A stretch of 64,000 bases of DNA from Fibrobacterales bacterium (lineage in GTDB: Bacteria > Fibrobacterota > Fibrobacteria > Fibrobacterales > JAOPTW01), in the NCBI GenBank assembly GCA_051532035.1, contig JAOPTW010000008.1:96001-160000 (forward strand), given 5' to 3'. A program made the position numbers and the translations under genes. Shown here piece by piece: positions 27,524 through 37,702 of this stretch. The notes below the pieces were generated by a model. That model saw nothing but the letters and a program-made list of their open reading frames with translations, searched no databases and was not told where the DNA came from. How positions within the stretch are numbered: the stretch's first letter is position 1; each line of letters begins with the position of its first letter.

Positions 27524-29686
27524 ATGATTCAGGGTTCACTCAAAAACATCACCTTCCGCAACGAAGATAACGGATATTCAATTCTCAAAGTCATTGAGGA
27601 TGATACTGGTGCAACCCTCGTGGTTGTCGGCTCCTTCCCTCACCTTCATATTGGCGAAACCATCGCTTTCGAAGGTACATGGATAGACCATCCTAAATTT
27701 GGAAAACAGTTTAAAGCAACCAATCACGAAGTACTCCCCCCTCAAGGCGAAGAGGCTATTGTAAAATACCTCAGTTCCGGACTCTTTAGAGGAGTCGGTC
27801 CCACTACTGCTCAGCGCATCTTTGACGTCTTTGGACTCGATACCCTTGAGCTCCTCAAAGAAAACCCTGAGCGGATTTCTGAAGTTGAGACCATCAACGA
27901 AAAAAAGGTTCTGAAGTTTCTCGAAGACTGGGAAGAAAATATCGCCTCTCAAGAGATGCTTTACTTTCTCTACCAATTAAACGTCCCTACAGGGACCGCC
28001 ATGCGAATTTATGAAAAGTTTGGCGCGACAACAAAGAAAAGAGTAAGTGACAACCCCTACATTCTTGCAGAAGAAGTATGGGGGATTGGATTTGTAAAAG
28101 CCGACGACATCGCTCGCAAATTACAAATTGAGTCTGAATCCTACTTTAGGATACGAGCAGGCATCCTCTACAGCTTAGAAATGGCTATGCAAGATGGCCA
28201 CTGTTACCTCCCCAAACAAGAACTCCTCGATGACACCTGGCGCCTTCTCGACCCTACGGGTAGTCAAGAAATTAGAGAGCGCACCATCTTTAGCCTCGAC
28301 TATCTTATTGATGCAAAAAAAGTGATCACTTTTGAAGAACACTTGTACCTACCAGAGATGTACGAGGCCGAAAAAGGAATAGCTAATAGAGTTATCACTT
28401 TTCTTGACTTTCCAAAATCAAAAGACAAAACAGCTCGCCTTGCTAAAAAATTAGCGCAACTCGAAAAAAATGGTGGCCTCCAATACAGTGAAACTCAAAA
28501 AGAATTTATCTGCAAAGCCGTCCAAGAACACCTCTTTATACTCACCGGTGGCCCTGGTACCGGAAAAACAACAACACTACTTGGCATATTGCATTTACTT
28601 CAAGAGCTTGACATCAGCTACATCCTAGCTGCCCCTACGGGTCGAGCAGCAAAACGAATGAGCGAGGTTTGCTGTGACTCAGCCCAAACCATTCACCGCC
28701 TTCTTAAGTACGAGCCAAGTGCAGGGTTTTTCCACAATGAAAGTGAGCCACTTAAGACAGGGGTTGTGATTATTGATGAAGCATCAATGATAGATACCCA
28801 CCTCATGTATGCTCTCATGCGCGCCATCCCCAACGGAACACGCCTCATTTTAATTGGCGATAAAGATCAGCTCCCCTCTGTGGGCCCGGGTAATATCTTA
28901 CGCGAACTTCTCAGTGTTTCTATACCACAAGGGGCCCTCGAAACTATTTTCCGTCAGGCAGAAGAATCCGCAATCCCAGTCAATGCACAACTTATAAATA
29001 ATGGTGATATGCCTGTCATTGAGCGTCAAACCAATTTTCATATCCGAGATTACCAGAGCAGAGAAGAGGCCCAAAAGCTCATCGTCGACCTAGTCTCAAA
29101 AAAAATACCTGAACATTTTAAAATTGACCCTATAGAAGACATACAAGTACTCACACCGATGCACCGTGGGGAAATCGGCACACTCGAACTCAATAAAGCA
29201 CTTCAAGAACAACTAAACCCCAAAGGGGATATGGTTAAAATTGCAGGTACCGAATTTAGAGTTGGCGACAAAGTGATGCAGCTAAAAAACAATTACGACA
29301 AAAATATCTTTAACGGTGATATTGGGTACATATCGTGGATTAACCATTCAGACAAAACGGTCTCCATTGATTTTGATGAGCCTGTTAAACTTGAGTACAA
29401 CGAAATGGAACAGGTCTCTCTCGCTTATGCAAGCACCATTCACAAAAGCCAGGGGTCAGAGTACAAAATAGTGGTGGTTGTCCTCGATGCCTCACATTAC
29501 ATGATGCTCCAACGCAACCTTCTCTACACCGCTATTACCAGAGCGAAAGAGCGTATATTCCTTATTGCCAATATGGCTACTATTAAACGAGCCATTAACA
29601 ATAATCGCATCGTAAAGCGCAACACCAATCTCGGTGAATTTGTTGATCAAAAAACTGAGTTTATGGCATTCCTCGAAGAAGAATAA
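27524..29686 (+). CDS. recD2: ATP-dependent RecD2 helicase
   Basis: N-terminal OB/HhH region, GGPGTGKTT, APTGRAAKR, IDEASM, GD.DQLPSVGPG and TIHKSQGSEY motifs. Confidence 0.95.
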   Translation: MIQGSLKNITFRNEDNGYSILKVIEDDTGATLVVVGSFPHLHIGETIAFEGTWIDHPKFGKQFKATNHEVLPPQGEEAIVKYLSSGLFRGVGPTTAQRIFDVFGLDTLELLKENPERISEVETINEKKVLKFLEDWEENIASQEMLYFLYQLNVPTGTAMRIYEKFGATTKKRVSDNPYILAEEVWGIGFVKADDIARKLQIESESYFRIRAGILYSLEMAMQDGHCYLPKQELLDDTWRLLDPTGSQEIRERTIFSLDYLIDAKKVITFEEHLYLPEMYEAEKGIANRVITFLDFPKSKDKTARLAKKLAQLEKNGGLQYSETQKEFICKAVQEHLFILTGGPGTGKTTTLLGILHLLQELDISYILAAPTGRAAKRMSEVCCDSAQTIHRLLKYEPSAGFFHNESEPLKTGVVIIDEASMIDTHLMYALMRAIPNGTRLILIGDKDQLPSVGPGNILRELLSVSIPQGALETIFRQAEESAIPVNAQLINNGDMPVIERQTNFHIRDYQSREEAQKLIVDLVSKKIPEHFKIDPIEDIQVLTPMHRGEIGTLELNKALQEQLNPKGDMVKIAGTEFRVGDKVMQLKNNYDKNIFNGDIGYISWINHSDKTVSIDFDEPVKLEYNEMEQVSLAYASTIHKSQGSEYKIVVVVLDASHYMMLQRNLLYTAITRAKERIFLIANMATIKRAINNNRIVKRNTNLGEFVDQKTEFMAFLEEE

Positions 29687-29696
29687 TCTTTTTCAT

Positions 29697-30287
29697 TTAC
29701 CGCTTTTTTAGTACAAATTCTAAGCAACACTCAGGATTGGGCGCAAGAGTCTGATCTATATTTTTAGCAACAAACTCCGGCCTAAAGAACTCTTTTATCT
29801 GCTGAACCTTCTCTATCTCAACGACGGGCGAAAACTCTATCAGCATCTCAAGCACATTTATAGACTTTGGAGACCAACTCTCTTTTTTGTGCATGGTAAA
29901 GGTCCATTTGTGATCGGGATTGTAGCGACTAGGGAACACACCCCCTTCATACATATCTTCATCGGGGATGGTAATAATGAGATGACCGCCCGGTTTTACA
30001 ATACGGATCCAGTGAGCCAGAGCGAGTTTTGGATCAACCATATGTTCAAGACAGTGACTTGACGCTACAAAATCAAGAGAGTTATCTACCACACCTTGCA
30101 TATAGTTTGCATCGCCATCATCAATATCCCACGTACGTACCGAATGCATAAGTGGAAATATACCCACATAGCAACTCAGAGGGTCTGGCTTACCACCAAT
30201 ATCAATCCCATGCCCCACAAAATAACGGGAGTGAAAATCTCCATCATGATATCGACGCTTCACTGATTTACTGTGTTCAAATGGCAT
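29697..30287 (-). CDS. Class I SAM-dependent methyltransferase (type 11)
   Basis: GIDIGG, DFVASSHCLEH and W.RIVKPGG motifs; GAGGAG SD. Confidence 0.8.
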   Translation of the reverse strand: MPFEHSKSVKRRYHDGDFHSRYFVGHGIDIGGKPDPLSCYVGIFPLMHSVRTWDIDDGDANYMQGVVDNSLDFVASSHCLEHMVDPKLALAHWIRIVKPGGHLIITIPDEDMYEGGVFPSRYNPDHKWTFTMHKKESWSPKSINVLEMLIEFSPVVEIEKVQQIKEFFRPEFVAKNIDQTLAPNPECCLEFVLKKR

Positions 30288-30350
30288 ATGCCGCTCCTCT
30301 TATGTTCCTGTGAAAATAACAAATTGCACCAAGCAAAAAGAAAATTTCAC

Positions 30351-30375
30351 AATTCAGAATTCAGAATTCAGAATT
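30351..30375. repeat. Tandem heptamer (AATTCAG)x3 plus partial copy
   Basis: aattcag aattcag aattcag aatt read directly from the sequence. Confidence 0.85.
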
Positions 30376-30403
30376 TATACAAGCCTTTTCTATATTACGT
30401 TCT

Positions 30404-31168
30404 ATGAAACGTTATGCCATTATACTCAGTCTTACTGGAGCAATCCTCGGATTATATCTCCTTAATCCTACCATTGTTGATATTCAGGAGTCTCGCCCAA
30501 AACAGGGTGACTACCAATACCTCCCCAATACAGCCTATGTGAAAACCATGAGTATGGGACACAAAAATAGTGTCGCGGGTCTTATTTGGATTGATGCGAT
30601 GCTCTATTTTGGGGAGAATATACTCACAGCAAAAGAGTCAATCTGGATACTCCACTTAGTCGACCTCATTACCCAGCTCGATCCACAGTTTGAAGCGGCC
30701 TACCTCTTTACGGGAACGGTATTTAAAGGCAATAGTGAAGGCCTTGATTTAAAAATTCTAAAACGGGGGACCGAAAATCTTTCTCACAATTGGCGTATTA
30801 GTCTCTCTTACGCACTGAGGCTTATTCAAAACAACGATGACTACTCTTTAGCAGCGTCAATTATGCGACCCTTTGAGTCACAAAAAGGAGCCCCAGAATA
30901 CATTCAGCACATTCACCGAACCTTTCAAGCAAAAGCAAGCACCACCCCTATTGCTTTATACATATATCTTTCTGATTACCAACAACTGACCAATCAGGTT
31001 CTTTTAAAAGGGATTGAAGCGAACATTCTTTCACTACTTAATGTAGAGGATGCCGGGATTATTACTACAGTATCATCAATGTTATCTGCTATTAAAAGCA
31101 AAGAGATACCATTTGTAGATATCCACTCACAATTACTTGCTCTCACTGCCCACCCAATTTCTCGCTAA
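30404..31168 (+). CDS. Pilin-associated TPR-like membrane protein (resembles Myxococcus PilG / Geobacter XapA-type)
   Basis: N-terminal TM; G....A.L.WI....YFG, LDP.F..AY and L.RG......W motifs; adjacent to the pilin gene. Confidence 0.5.
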   Translation: MKRYAIILSLTGAILGLYLLNPTIVDIQESRPKQGDYQYLPNTAYVKTMSMGHKNSVAGLIWIDAMLYFGENILTAKESIWILHLVDLITQLDPQFEAAYLFTGTVFKGNSEGLDLKILKRGTENLSHNWRISLSYALRLIQNNDDYSLAASIMRPFESQKGAPEYIQHIHRTFQAKASTTPIALYIYLSDYQQLTNQVLLKGIEANILSLLNVEDAGIITTVSSMLSAIKSKEIPFVDIHSQLLALTAHPISR

Positions 31169-31200
31169 ACGAACTCCCATCGATATCTCTGTACAATAAA

Positions 31201-31233
31201 AAAGGCCACCTTCAATTTATGAAAGTGGCCTTT
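31201..31233. terminator. Bidirectional intrinsic terminator
   Basis: AAAGGCCAC-C-TTCA...TGAA-A-GTGGCCTTT between convergent genes. Confidence 0.75.
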
Positions 31234-31261
31234 AAAATAAATATTTTTAATTCAAAAACCC

Positions 31262-31687
31262 CTAAGGAACTCTCCATGTTGGAGAAAATGATACACAGTT
31301 TGCATGCAGTGCATGAGTATAAGTCCATGGAGTACCAAGAACGGCAAGTGATGACCAACCAATGCCCGCAGCCATTGCAGCAGCGCCACAGTTATTTATT
31401 GCCGGTACAAATCCAATATTAATGGTGCCTGCAGCGGTTGAATATGCGAGGGCACCGCCTGCTGGTGCCGTAAAACCAATTTGAGCAGCATCTCCTGTAG
31501 CATTCGGTGACTCAATAGAAAATGCAGTCTGGAGGTTTTCCCATGCACCTATTGAATTTACCGCCTCTGAAGCCCGTGCTTTGTCACTCACACTCGACAT
31601 ACTTGGAATTGCTATCGCTGCAAGAATCCCGATAATGACAATTACAACCATAAGCTCAATGAGCGTAAAACCTTTTTGATTTTTCAT
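31262..31687 (-). CDS. Type IVa pilin
   Basis: KG/FTLIELMVVIVIIGILAAIAIP class III signal; two C-terminal Cys; own SD and terminator. Confidence 0.9.
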   Translation of the reverse strand: MKNQKGFTLIELMVVIVIIGILAAIAIPSMSSVSDKARASEAVNSIGAWENLQTAFSIESPNATGDAAQIGFTAPAGGALAYSTAAGTINIGFVPAINNCGAAAMAAGIGWSSLAVLGTPWTYTHALHANCVSFSPTWRVP

Positions 31688-31891
31688 ACTAGTATCCTTT
31701 TGTTCGGGGTAGTCCCCTGCTTTTTTAATAATGTAGTTGCATTTGAGTTATTTGCCAATAGCTAACAACTGCTCATGTAAATTTACTGTATACAAACTAC
31801 AGCTCCTATTCTTTGATCACGATTTTACAAATAATTGAGCCATAATTGCACTTTTTTCCGCAAAAAAAGCAAATATACTTAACTTTTAGTC

Positions 31892-32863
31892 ATGAATAAA
31901 AACAAACTAACCAAAATAATTATCATTATTGCAGCTATCGCTATTGGCTCTGTTGCAGTTATTGAAGGTTTTGCCCTCTTTTCTCCTAATACACTCCCTA
32001 TCCAGTCACTTTTTGGTGGAAATCAAGAACTAAAAAAGCAAGAAGAACGGTATCACACCTATATTGACTCACTCAATACTCTCGACTTTAAGATACGGAG
32101 CGAGACTGATTCAAAAGTAAAACTTCTCGATCAGGAACGTCAAAAATATTATCGCACTAAAATTGAGACCATTCGTTCTAAACTTGCGGGCGAATCAATT
32201 GATACTGAATCCAATACAGAACAGTCCGTTGAATCACTCTCTTCTACCATTTTGACCGCTCTCGCAATACCCATTGGAATTTTAATCATTCTTATAGCCT
32301 TAGTCATCTACCTCATTCGCCGCAAAAAACCAGAACCAACCTTACCGCAAGATCAAAAGCCTTCACTTGCTCAACGATTTGACAACGCCATAGAACAAGC
32401 CAACACCAAGCAGCGGCCCAAAGAAAGTATCAGCATGATGCTGAAAACCCTCAATAAAAGCTTAGAAGAAAAAAAGGCTGAAAAGAGTGACGCGCTAAAA
32501 AGCACCCAGGATCTACCCCAAGCGGTATCTCGGGATAGAGGTGATAAACCTCGGGTGATGGCATCAAGCAACACCTTTGTAGAGACCAAAGCAGTGCCCC
32601 TCGTAAAACCTCCAGAAAACATTGTGCAAAAAGAGACCGACTCAGGCAAAATAGAGATTATTGCCCCTGAAACTCCTATTGTACCACATTTAGTTGATGA
32701 CGAATCTGAGACTAAAGAAGAAGTGTTTGAAAAAGAGGCTCAAATTAATGCAGATGTTATAAAGCTTGCTCGCCGTGGATACACCTCATCAGAAATTGCA
32801 CGTCGCCTTCGCATTAGTCAAGATCAAGTCGATCTTATTATCCGGATGCAACGAGAAGAGTAG
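31892..32863 (+). CDS. Two-TM protein with C-terminal HTH-like domain (flagellar-cluster type)
   Basis: Two TM segments, low-complexity linker and VIKLARRGYTSSEIARRLRISQDQVDLI C-terminus. Confidence 0.6.
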   Translation: MNKNKLTKIIIIIAAIAIGSVAVIEGFALFSPNTLPIQSLFGGNQELKKQEERYHTYIDSLNTLDFKIRSETDSKVKLLDQERQKYYRTKIETIRSKLAGESIDTESNTEQSVESLSSTILTALAIPIGILIILIALVIYLIRRKKPEPTLPQDQKPSLAQRFDNAIEQANTKQRPKESISMMLKTLNKSLEEKKAEKSDALKSTQDLPQAVSRDRGDKPRVMASSNTFVETKAVPLVKPPENIVQKETDSGKIEIIAPETPIVPHLVDDESETKEEVFEKEAQINADVIKLARRGYTSSEIARRLRISQDQVDLIIRMQREE

Positions 32864-32964
32864 CTTTGAAAAAATATGAAACATGCGGTACCATCCCCCA
32901 TGTTTCATTGATAGAAAATGCATCTTATTTGTAACGGCTCACTTACTTACCCTGGGTTACTCAC

Positions 32965-35001
32965 ATGAATATTCATCTTGACTATCACGACCCTATTCGC
33001 CCCCCAAAAGCTCACCGAGTTGATGCTCCAGAAGCAGCAACCACGCACTCTGAGGTTGAAAAACACCTTATCGACAATGAGGAGCACAAAAAAAACCAAC
33101 AACAATCAGGCCAACAGCAACAACACAGTAAACAAGACTCTGTCGAAGCAAAATTACTCGCGAGCATTCAAGAAACGTTAAAAAAGCCCATTTTTGCCGG
33201 CAACCTCAGCACCCAATCCATTGAAACTCTCGGTACTATTTTCGAAAAACTTCACGACCTTGAAAGTAATGTAAAAATAAGAGAACAGATACGACAACTC
33301 CTTCAAGAGCTTGCTAACTCATCCATTGATGAGCTCAACCTGCTCGAAAAAAAAATTAAACTCCTTATATCCAATGAACTCTTGCGAGTAGTCCCTGCCA
33401 ACTCAACGCTTCATCAAGCAGACAAAATGGCAATACGACTCCTCAACCACCTCAGCGTCAATGACTTTAGTGCCGCACGTGAAGCAACTACACTCCTTCA
33501 CTCTTTTTTAAAGTCCCCCTCTTCTGCAACATATACCCCAACGACCAAGTTCGGCAACACCGTTGTGCAACAACTCCTCGATGCTACAGCTTTTTCTAAT
33601 CAAAAATTAAACCTCCCTCAAGTGTCTGACGTTGCCAATGAATTTAAACAGAGGCTCGCAACCCCCATTACCGAGAAACAAGCACAATTACTCTCTACAC
33701 AGATACAAAAGACTCAGTCGCCCTTCCTCCTTGGCCATGTTGTTTCTCACGACAAAGGGAGTACCTCCATTGTCGTTGAAGGGCAACAACTAACCCTACC
33801 AAAAGAACTTGGCCTCAATCCCGGTGAATCATTTCTCTTTGAATTGGTTGATAAAAAAGGGAGTCAAAACAGTCAGACCCCTGCCCAACAAGGGATCTAT
33901 ATTCACCCTGCAACTACAGAAGCCTCTCCACAAACCCTTAAGCTCTTTTCGAAAACCACAACCCCCATTGATCAACTTCTCAGACTGTATAGCACCAAAA
34001 ACAAACCACAGCAGGCCGAACTCGAGATTGACAAACTCTTGAAATCGGCACAATCTACTCCTCCCTCTGGAAAAGACTCATCACAGCTCGTAACCTCTGA
34101 GCTCATGAGGCACTCACCAAAGGCACCACCATTTTTACAGCAGGTTTCACCAACTCCTCGAGTCATCGAAACCATAGGCTTTTTAAACCAGTATCAAGAG
34201 CTCTTTCAAAAAGCGGCACCACAAACAGTACAAGCAGTCTCGAACCTCTTCTACACTGCCGAAACAATGTTATCTCATGGCGAAACCCTCAAGCCCGCTC
34301 AAGAGGAGCTTCTTTTCAAACTTCTTCTTGCCAACAATCTAGAACTCCCCTCACCAAAAGAAATTGAACGGGTGCTGCAATATGATGGATTTAAATCCAC
34401 TGACCGCAACCTAGTCCCTCCAAACAACACCCAACTTATTCAACAACTCCAAGGAACGTTTCCCGATAAACCCCTGTCAGCATTTGATACCCTTAGCCTC
34501 TTACAGAGCCTGCATGAGAATAGTGATACCATGCGAGAGAGCTCCGTGCTTCGCACTCTTATTGACCATGTCCAAACCAACCTCTTTGAACAACAAACAC
34601 AAGAGCAAAATAACCAACAAAACCTTTACTGGATGCATAACCAAAACCTCCACAAAGGGCGTATTACTGTGAAAGATGATCGAGAGAAAGATCAATCGGG
34701 CGCCCCCAAAGAAGGCCCCATCGGTTTTGTACTCGAAACTCAAACACCAAATCTTGGGGATGTCAGTATCAACTTCCATCTTGACTCTGACAATGTAGAT
34801 ATTATGATGCTCGATTCTCATGGCACTCACGGCTCCATTGTAGACTCCGAAAGAGCCGACCTAGCCAAAGAGTTCCAAACGTTTGGCTGGAACCTTGAAC
34901 AGCTTCGCTATGGACTGCTCGCCGGCAAAGATAGGGCCGCTGAACCTCCTAGCCCACCTCAAAAACCCGTTGGCTGGGATGGCATCGACCTCAAGGCTTA
35001 A
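32965..35001 (+). CDS. FliK-like flagellar hook-length control protein
   Basis: Q/P/S/T-rich disordered body; C-terminal L.T.T.NLG.V.I.F.L T3S4-like domain ending in GIDLKA. Confidence 0.55.
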   Translation: MNIHLDYHDPIRPPKAHRVDAPEAATTHSEVEKHLIDNEEHKKNQQQSGQQQQHSKQDSVEAKLLASIQETLKKPIFAGNLSTQSIETLGTIFEKLHDLESNVKIREQIRQLLQELANSSIDELNLLEKKIKLLISNELLRVVPANSTLHQADKMAIRLLNHLSVNDFSAAREATTLLHSFLKSPSSATYTPTTKFGNTVVQQLLDATAFSNQKLNLPQVSDVANEFKQRLATPITEKQAQLLSTQIQKTQSPFLLGHVVSHDKGSTSIVVEGQQLTLPKELGLNPGESFLFELVDKKGSQNSQTPAQQGIYIHPATTEASPQTLKLFSKTTTPIDQLLRLYSTKNKPQQAELEIDKLLKSAQSTPPSGKDSSQLVTSELMRHSPKAPPFLQQVSPTPRVIETIGFLNQYQELFQKAAPQTVQAVSNLFYTAETMLSHGETLKPAQEELLFKLLLANNLELPSPKEIERVLQYDGFKSTDRNLVPPNNTQLIQQLQGTFPDKPLSAFDTLSLLQSLHENSDTMRESSVLRTLIDHVQTNLFEQQTQEQNNQQNLYWMHNQNLHKGRITVKDDREKDQSGAPKEGPIGFVLETQTPNLGDVSINFHLDSDNVDIMMLDSHGTHGSIVDSERADLAKEFQTFGWNLEQLRYGLLAGKDRAAEPPSPPQKPVGWDGIDLKA

Positions 35002-35044
35002 AATCGGTCAATCCTAACGCCAACTTTTTACTACCTTTCACTCT

Positions 35045-35779
35045 ATGAAATATCGTTTTAAAGTAGAATATGATGGCACTGACTTCCATGGATGGCAAAT
35101 CCAGGATAATGCTAGTACCGTACAAGAAGAGCTCGAAAAAGCGTTTGAAATCGCACTCAGAAAACCTATAAAAGTAAGTGGATCGGGAAGAACCGATGCA
35201 GGTGTTCACTCAAGTGGCCAAGTAGCCTGTTTCGATTGGGATGCCTATATCGACACGTATGCAATCACTCGATCAATTAATGCACTGACACCAGAAACCA
35301 TTGCCATACGAGAGCTCGAGCTGTGTCAGAGTGACTTTTCACCACGATACGACGCTGAATATCGCTATTACATCTATACCGTCTATACACGAACTCGCGC
35401 CATTCAAAGACGGTATGGCTGGGACTGCACCTCCTTTAAACTTAATCTTGACTATATCCGCTCAGAAATGAAGTACTTCTTGGGGACTCACGATTTTATC
35501 AATTTCTGTATTCCTCGTGATGACGGTAAGCCCACTGACTGCATACTCTCTCTCTTTACGCTCAAAGAGTTTGATGGCGGATTTGAACTCCATATTCAAG
35601 GCAATCGATTTCTCCATAAAATGGTGAGATCAATGGTCGGAATTCTCATTGATGTAGGGAGAGGGCACCACCCACCAGGCTCTGTTTTAGCAATATTTAA
35701 GAATGAATTTAGCGGTGAACGCATGTGGGCCAAGCCAAATGGGCTTAATCTCACAACCGTCCAATATAAAGACTATTAG
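35045..35779 (+). CDS. truA: tRNA pseudouridine(38-40) synthase
   Basis: EYDGT.FHGWQ.Q, SGRTDAGVH and FL.KMVR motifs. Confidence 0.95.
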   Translation: MKYRFKVEYDGTDFHGWQIQDNASTVQEELEKAFEIALRKPIKVSGSGRTDAGVHSSGQVACFDWDAYIDTYAITRSINALTPETIAIRELELCQSDFSPRYDAEYRYYIYTVYTRTRAIQRRYGWDCTSFKLNLDYIRSEMKYFLGTHDFINFCIPRDDGKPTDCILSLFTLKEFDGGFELHIQGNRFLHKMVRSMVGILIDVGRGHHPPGSVLAIFKNEFSGERMWAKPNGLNLTTVQYKDY

Positions 35780-35894
35780 CATACCGCTCTTTTAGCACAT
35801 AATTCTCTCTTCAAAAGTCAAAACCTCACATTAATTATCGGGGATTTTTATATTATAGTGGAAAATACGTTAAATTTTCTCCTAAAGAGGATAT

Positions 35895-36209
35895 ATGAAT
35901 CCAGCACATAGTAATGCCCGCTTAATTATTTTCATTCTACTTGGTTTGGTTATCGGTGGGATTCTAGGCGAGAGTCTCGGTCTGGTATTAGAGCAGATCG
36001 GTGTCGCAACCGGAGCAGGTGTTGATAACCCTGTGCGCAACCTCTTTGTTAAGGCATTTGAACTCGACCTTGGTATAAACAATGGCGGGGTAATTGATCT
36101 CTACATGATTAAATTACGTCTTGGAGTTGCCTTTAAATTTAACGTCGTAAGTATACTCGGTGTTTGGTTCAGTCTTCATGTGATGAAGTGGTCTGGCCGA
36201 CACACCTAA
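35895..36209 (+). CDS. DUF4321-like small membrane protein
   Basis: LG.VIG..LGE TM and IDL..I.L..G..FK.N..SILG motifs. Confidence 0.65.
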   Translation: MNPAHSNARLIIFILLGLVIGGILGESLGLVLEQIGVATGAGVDNPVRNLFVKAFELDLGINNGGVIDLYMIKLRLGVAFKFNVVSILGVWFSLHVMKWSGRHT

Positions 36210-36222
36210 TCAAGGATTACTG

Positions 36223-37641
36223 ATGAAAAATCTTGAACAATTACGTTCAGACCTTACTGATGGAACAACTACTTCTGAAAAACTGGTACAAGAGTCTCTC
36301 AGCATAATAGAGGCAACGCAAGAACAAAACGCCTATATCTCTGTAATGAATGAGAAGGCCCTTGCTGACGCTCAAGCAGTTGATATTAAGATTAAAAGTG
36401 GTGAGATTTCTGGCCCCCTTGCTGGCATCCCTATTGCGGTTAAAGACAATATCTGTACCACTGGAACGAAAACGACTTGTGGTTCTAAAATTCTCGAAAA
36501 CTTTGAATCTCCTTACAACGCAACAGTAATTGAAAAACTGAAAGCGGCAGGCGCAGTGATTATTGGCAAGACCAACATGGATGAATTTGCCATGGGGTCT
36601 ACCTCGGAATCAAGTTTTTTCGGAACCACCGTGAACCCAACAAACCCTGATGTTATTCCTGGTGGGTCATCGGGTGGATCAGCAGCAGCAGTTGCATCGG
36701 GATCAGTCTCTATATCACTCGGCTCAGATACTGGCGGATCAATTCGTCAACCCGCGGCGTGCTGCGGTATTGTGGGCATGAAACCAACCTATGGACGTGT
36801 TTCACGGTATGGCCTCGTATCCTATGCTTCATCTCTCGATCAAATAGGGCCTCTTGCCAACTCGGTACACGACGCAGCATCAGTACTTAATGTTATTGCT
36901 GGTATCGATAAAAACGATACGACATCTTCTAACGCTCCCGTTGAGGATTTTAGTGCACTCCTCGGACAAGACCTTGCAGGTAAGACTATTGGAATTCCTG
37001 CAGAGTATTTTGGTGAGGGTCTTGACGCTGCACACAAAGAAAAAATCCTTGAGAGCCTCGAAAAATTAAAAAGTGAAGGCGCTGAGCTCAAAGAAGTGCA
37101 CCTCCCCAATCTTAAACACGCGATATCATCATATTATATCATCGCAACAGCCGAAGCATCATCAAACCTTTCGCGCTATGATGGAGTACGATTCTCATAC
37201 CGCTCTGAAACAGCTGGATCGCTTGAAGATATGTACCGTAATACCCGCGCCGAAGGATTTGGCGATGAAGTAAAACGCCGTATCCTCCTCGGTTCTTATG
37301 TACTCAGTTCTGGATTTTTTGATGCTTACTACATTAAAGCTCAAAAAGTACGCCGTGTAATCACTGATGACTTTAAAAAAGCTTTTGAGTCTTGTGATGT
37401 TATTGCAGCCCCAACACTCCCTGGTAACCCTTTGAAACTTGGTGAAGGCTTAAGTGACCCTATGGCCATGTATCTCAGTGATATTTACACAGTAAGCCTC
37501 AACCTTGCAGGACTGCCGGGCATAACCGTACCGTGTACCACCATTAATGACCACAAATTGGGTCTGCAACTTTTTGGTAAAGCATTTGGTGAATCAGAGC
37601 TTTTACAAATAGCTGGTGGAGTTGAACGTAATTTTGCCTAA
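36223..37641 (+). CDS. gatA: Asp/Glu-tRNA amidotransferase subunit A
   Basis: KTNMDEFAMGS, PGGSSGGS, GSDTGGSIRQPA, SSNLSRYDG and EVKRRILLG motifs. Confidence 0.96.
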   Translation: MKNLEQLRSDLTDGTTTSEKLVQESLSIIEATQEQNAYISVMNEKALADAQAVDIKIKSGEISGPLAGIPIAVKDNICTTGTKTTCGSKILENFESPYNATVIEKLKAAGAVIIGKTNMDEFAMGSTSESSFFGTTVNPTNPDVIPGGSSGGSAAAVASGSVSISLGSDTGGSIRQPAACCGIVGMKPTYGRVSRYGLVSYASSLDQIGPLANSVHDAASVLNVIAGIDKNDTTSSNAPVEDFSALLGQDLAGKTIGIPAEYFGEGLDAAHKEKILESLEKLKSEGAELKEVHLPNLKHAISSYYIIATAEASSNLSRYDGVRFSYRSETAGSLEDMYRNTRAEGFGDEVKRRILLGSYVLSSGFFDAYYIKAQKVRRVITDDFKKAFESCDVIAAPTLPGNPLKLGEGLSDPMAMYLSDIYTVSLNLAGLPGITVPCTTINDHKLGLQLFGKAFGESELLQIAGGVERNFA

Positions 37642-37702
37642 TAGCGCAGGATTAGTTATACTTCTACTATACCCTTAGTCTTATACAGGCACTGCACCAA
37701 TA

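Noticed and set aside
31262..31687. Conductive (e-pilin) interpretation
   Set aside because: Full-length pilin lacking the aromatic residues in the N-terminal helix, with a long aromatic-free gap after Phe1.
31737..31757. sigma54 promoter for the pilin (TGGCA...TGCA)
   Set aside because: GG-to-GC spacing is 14 nt rather than the required 10.
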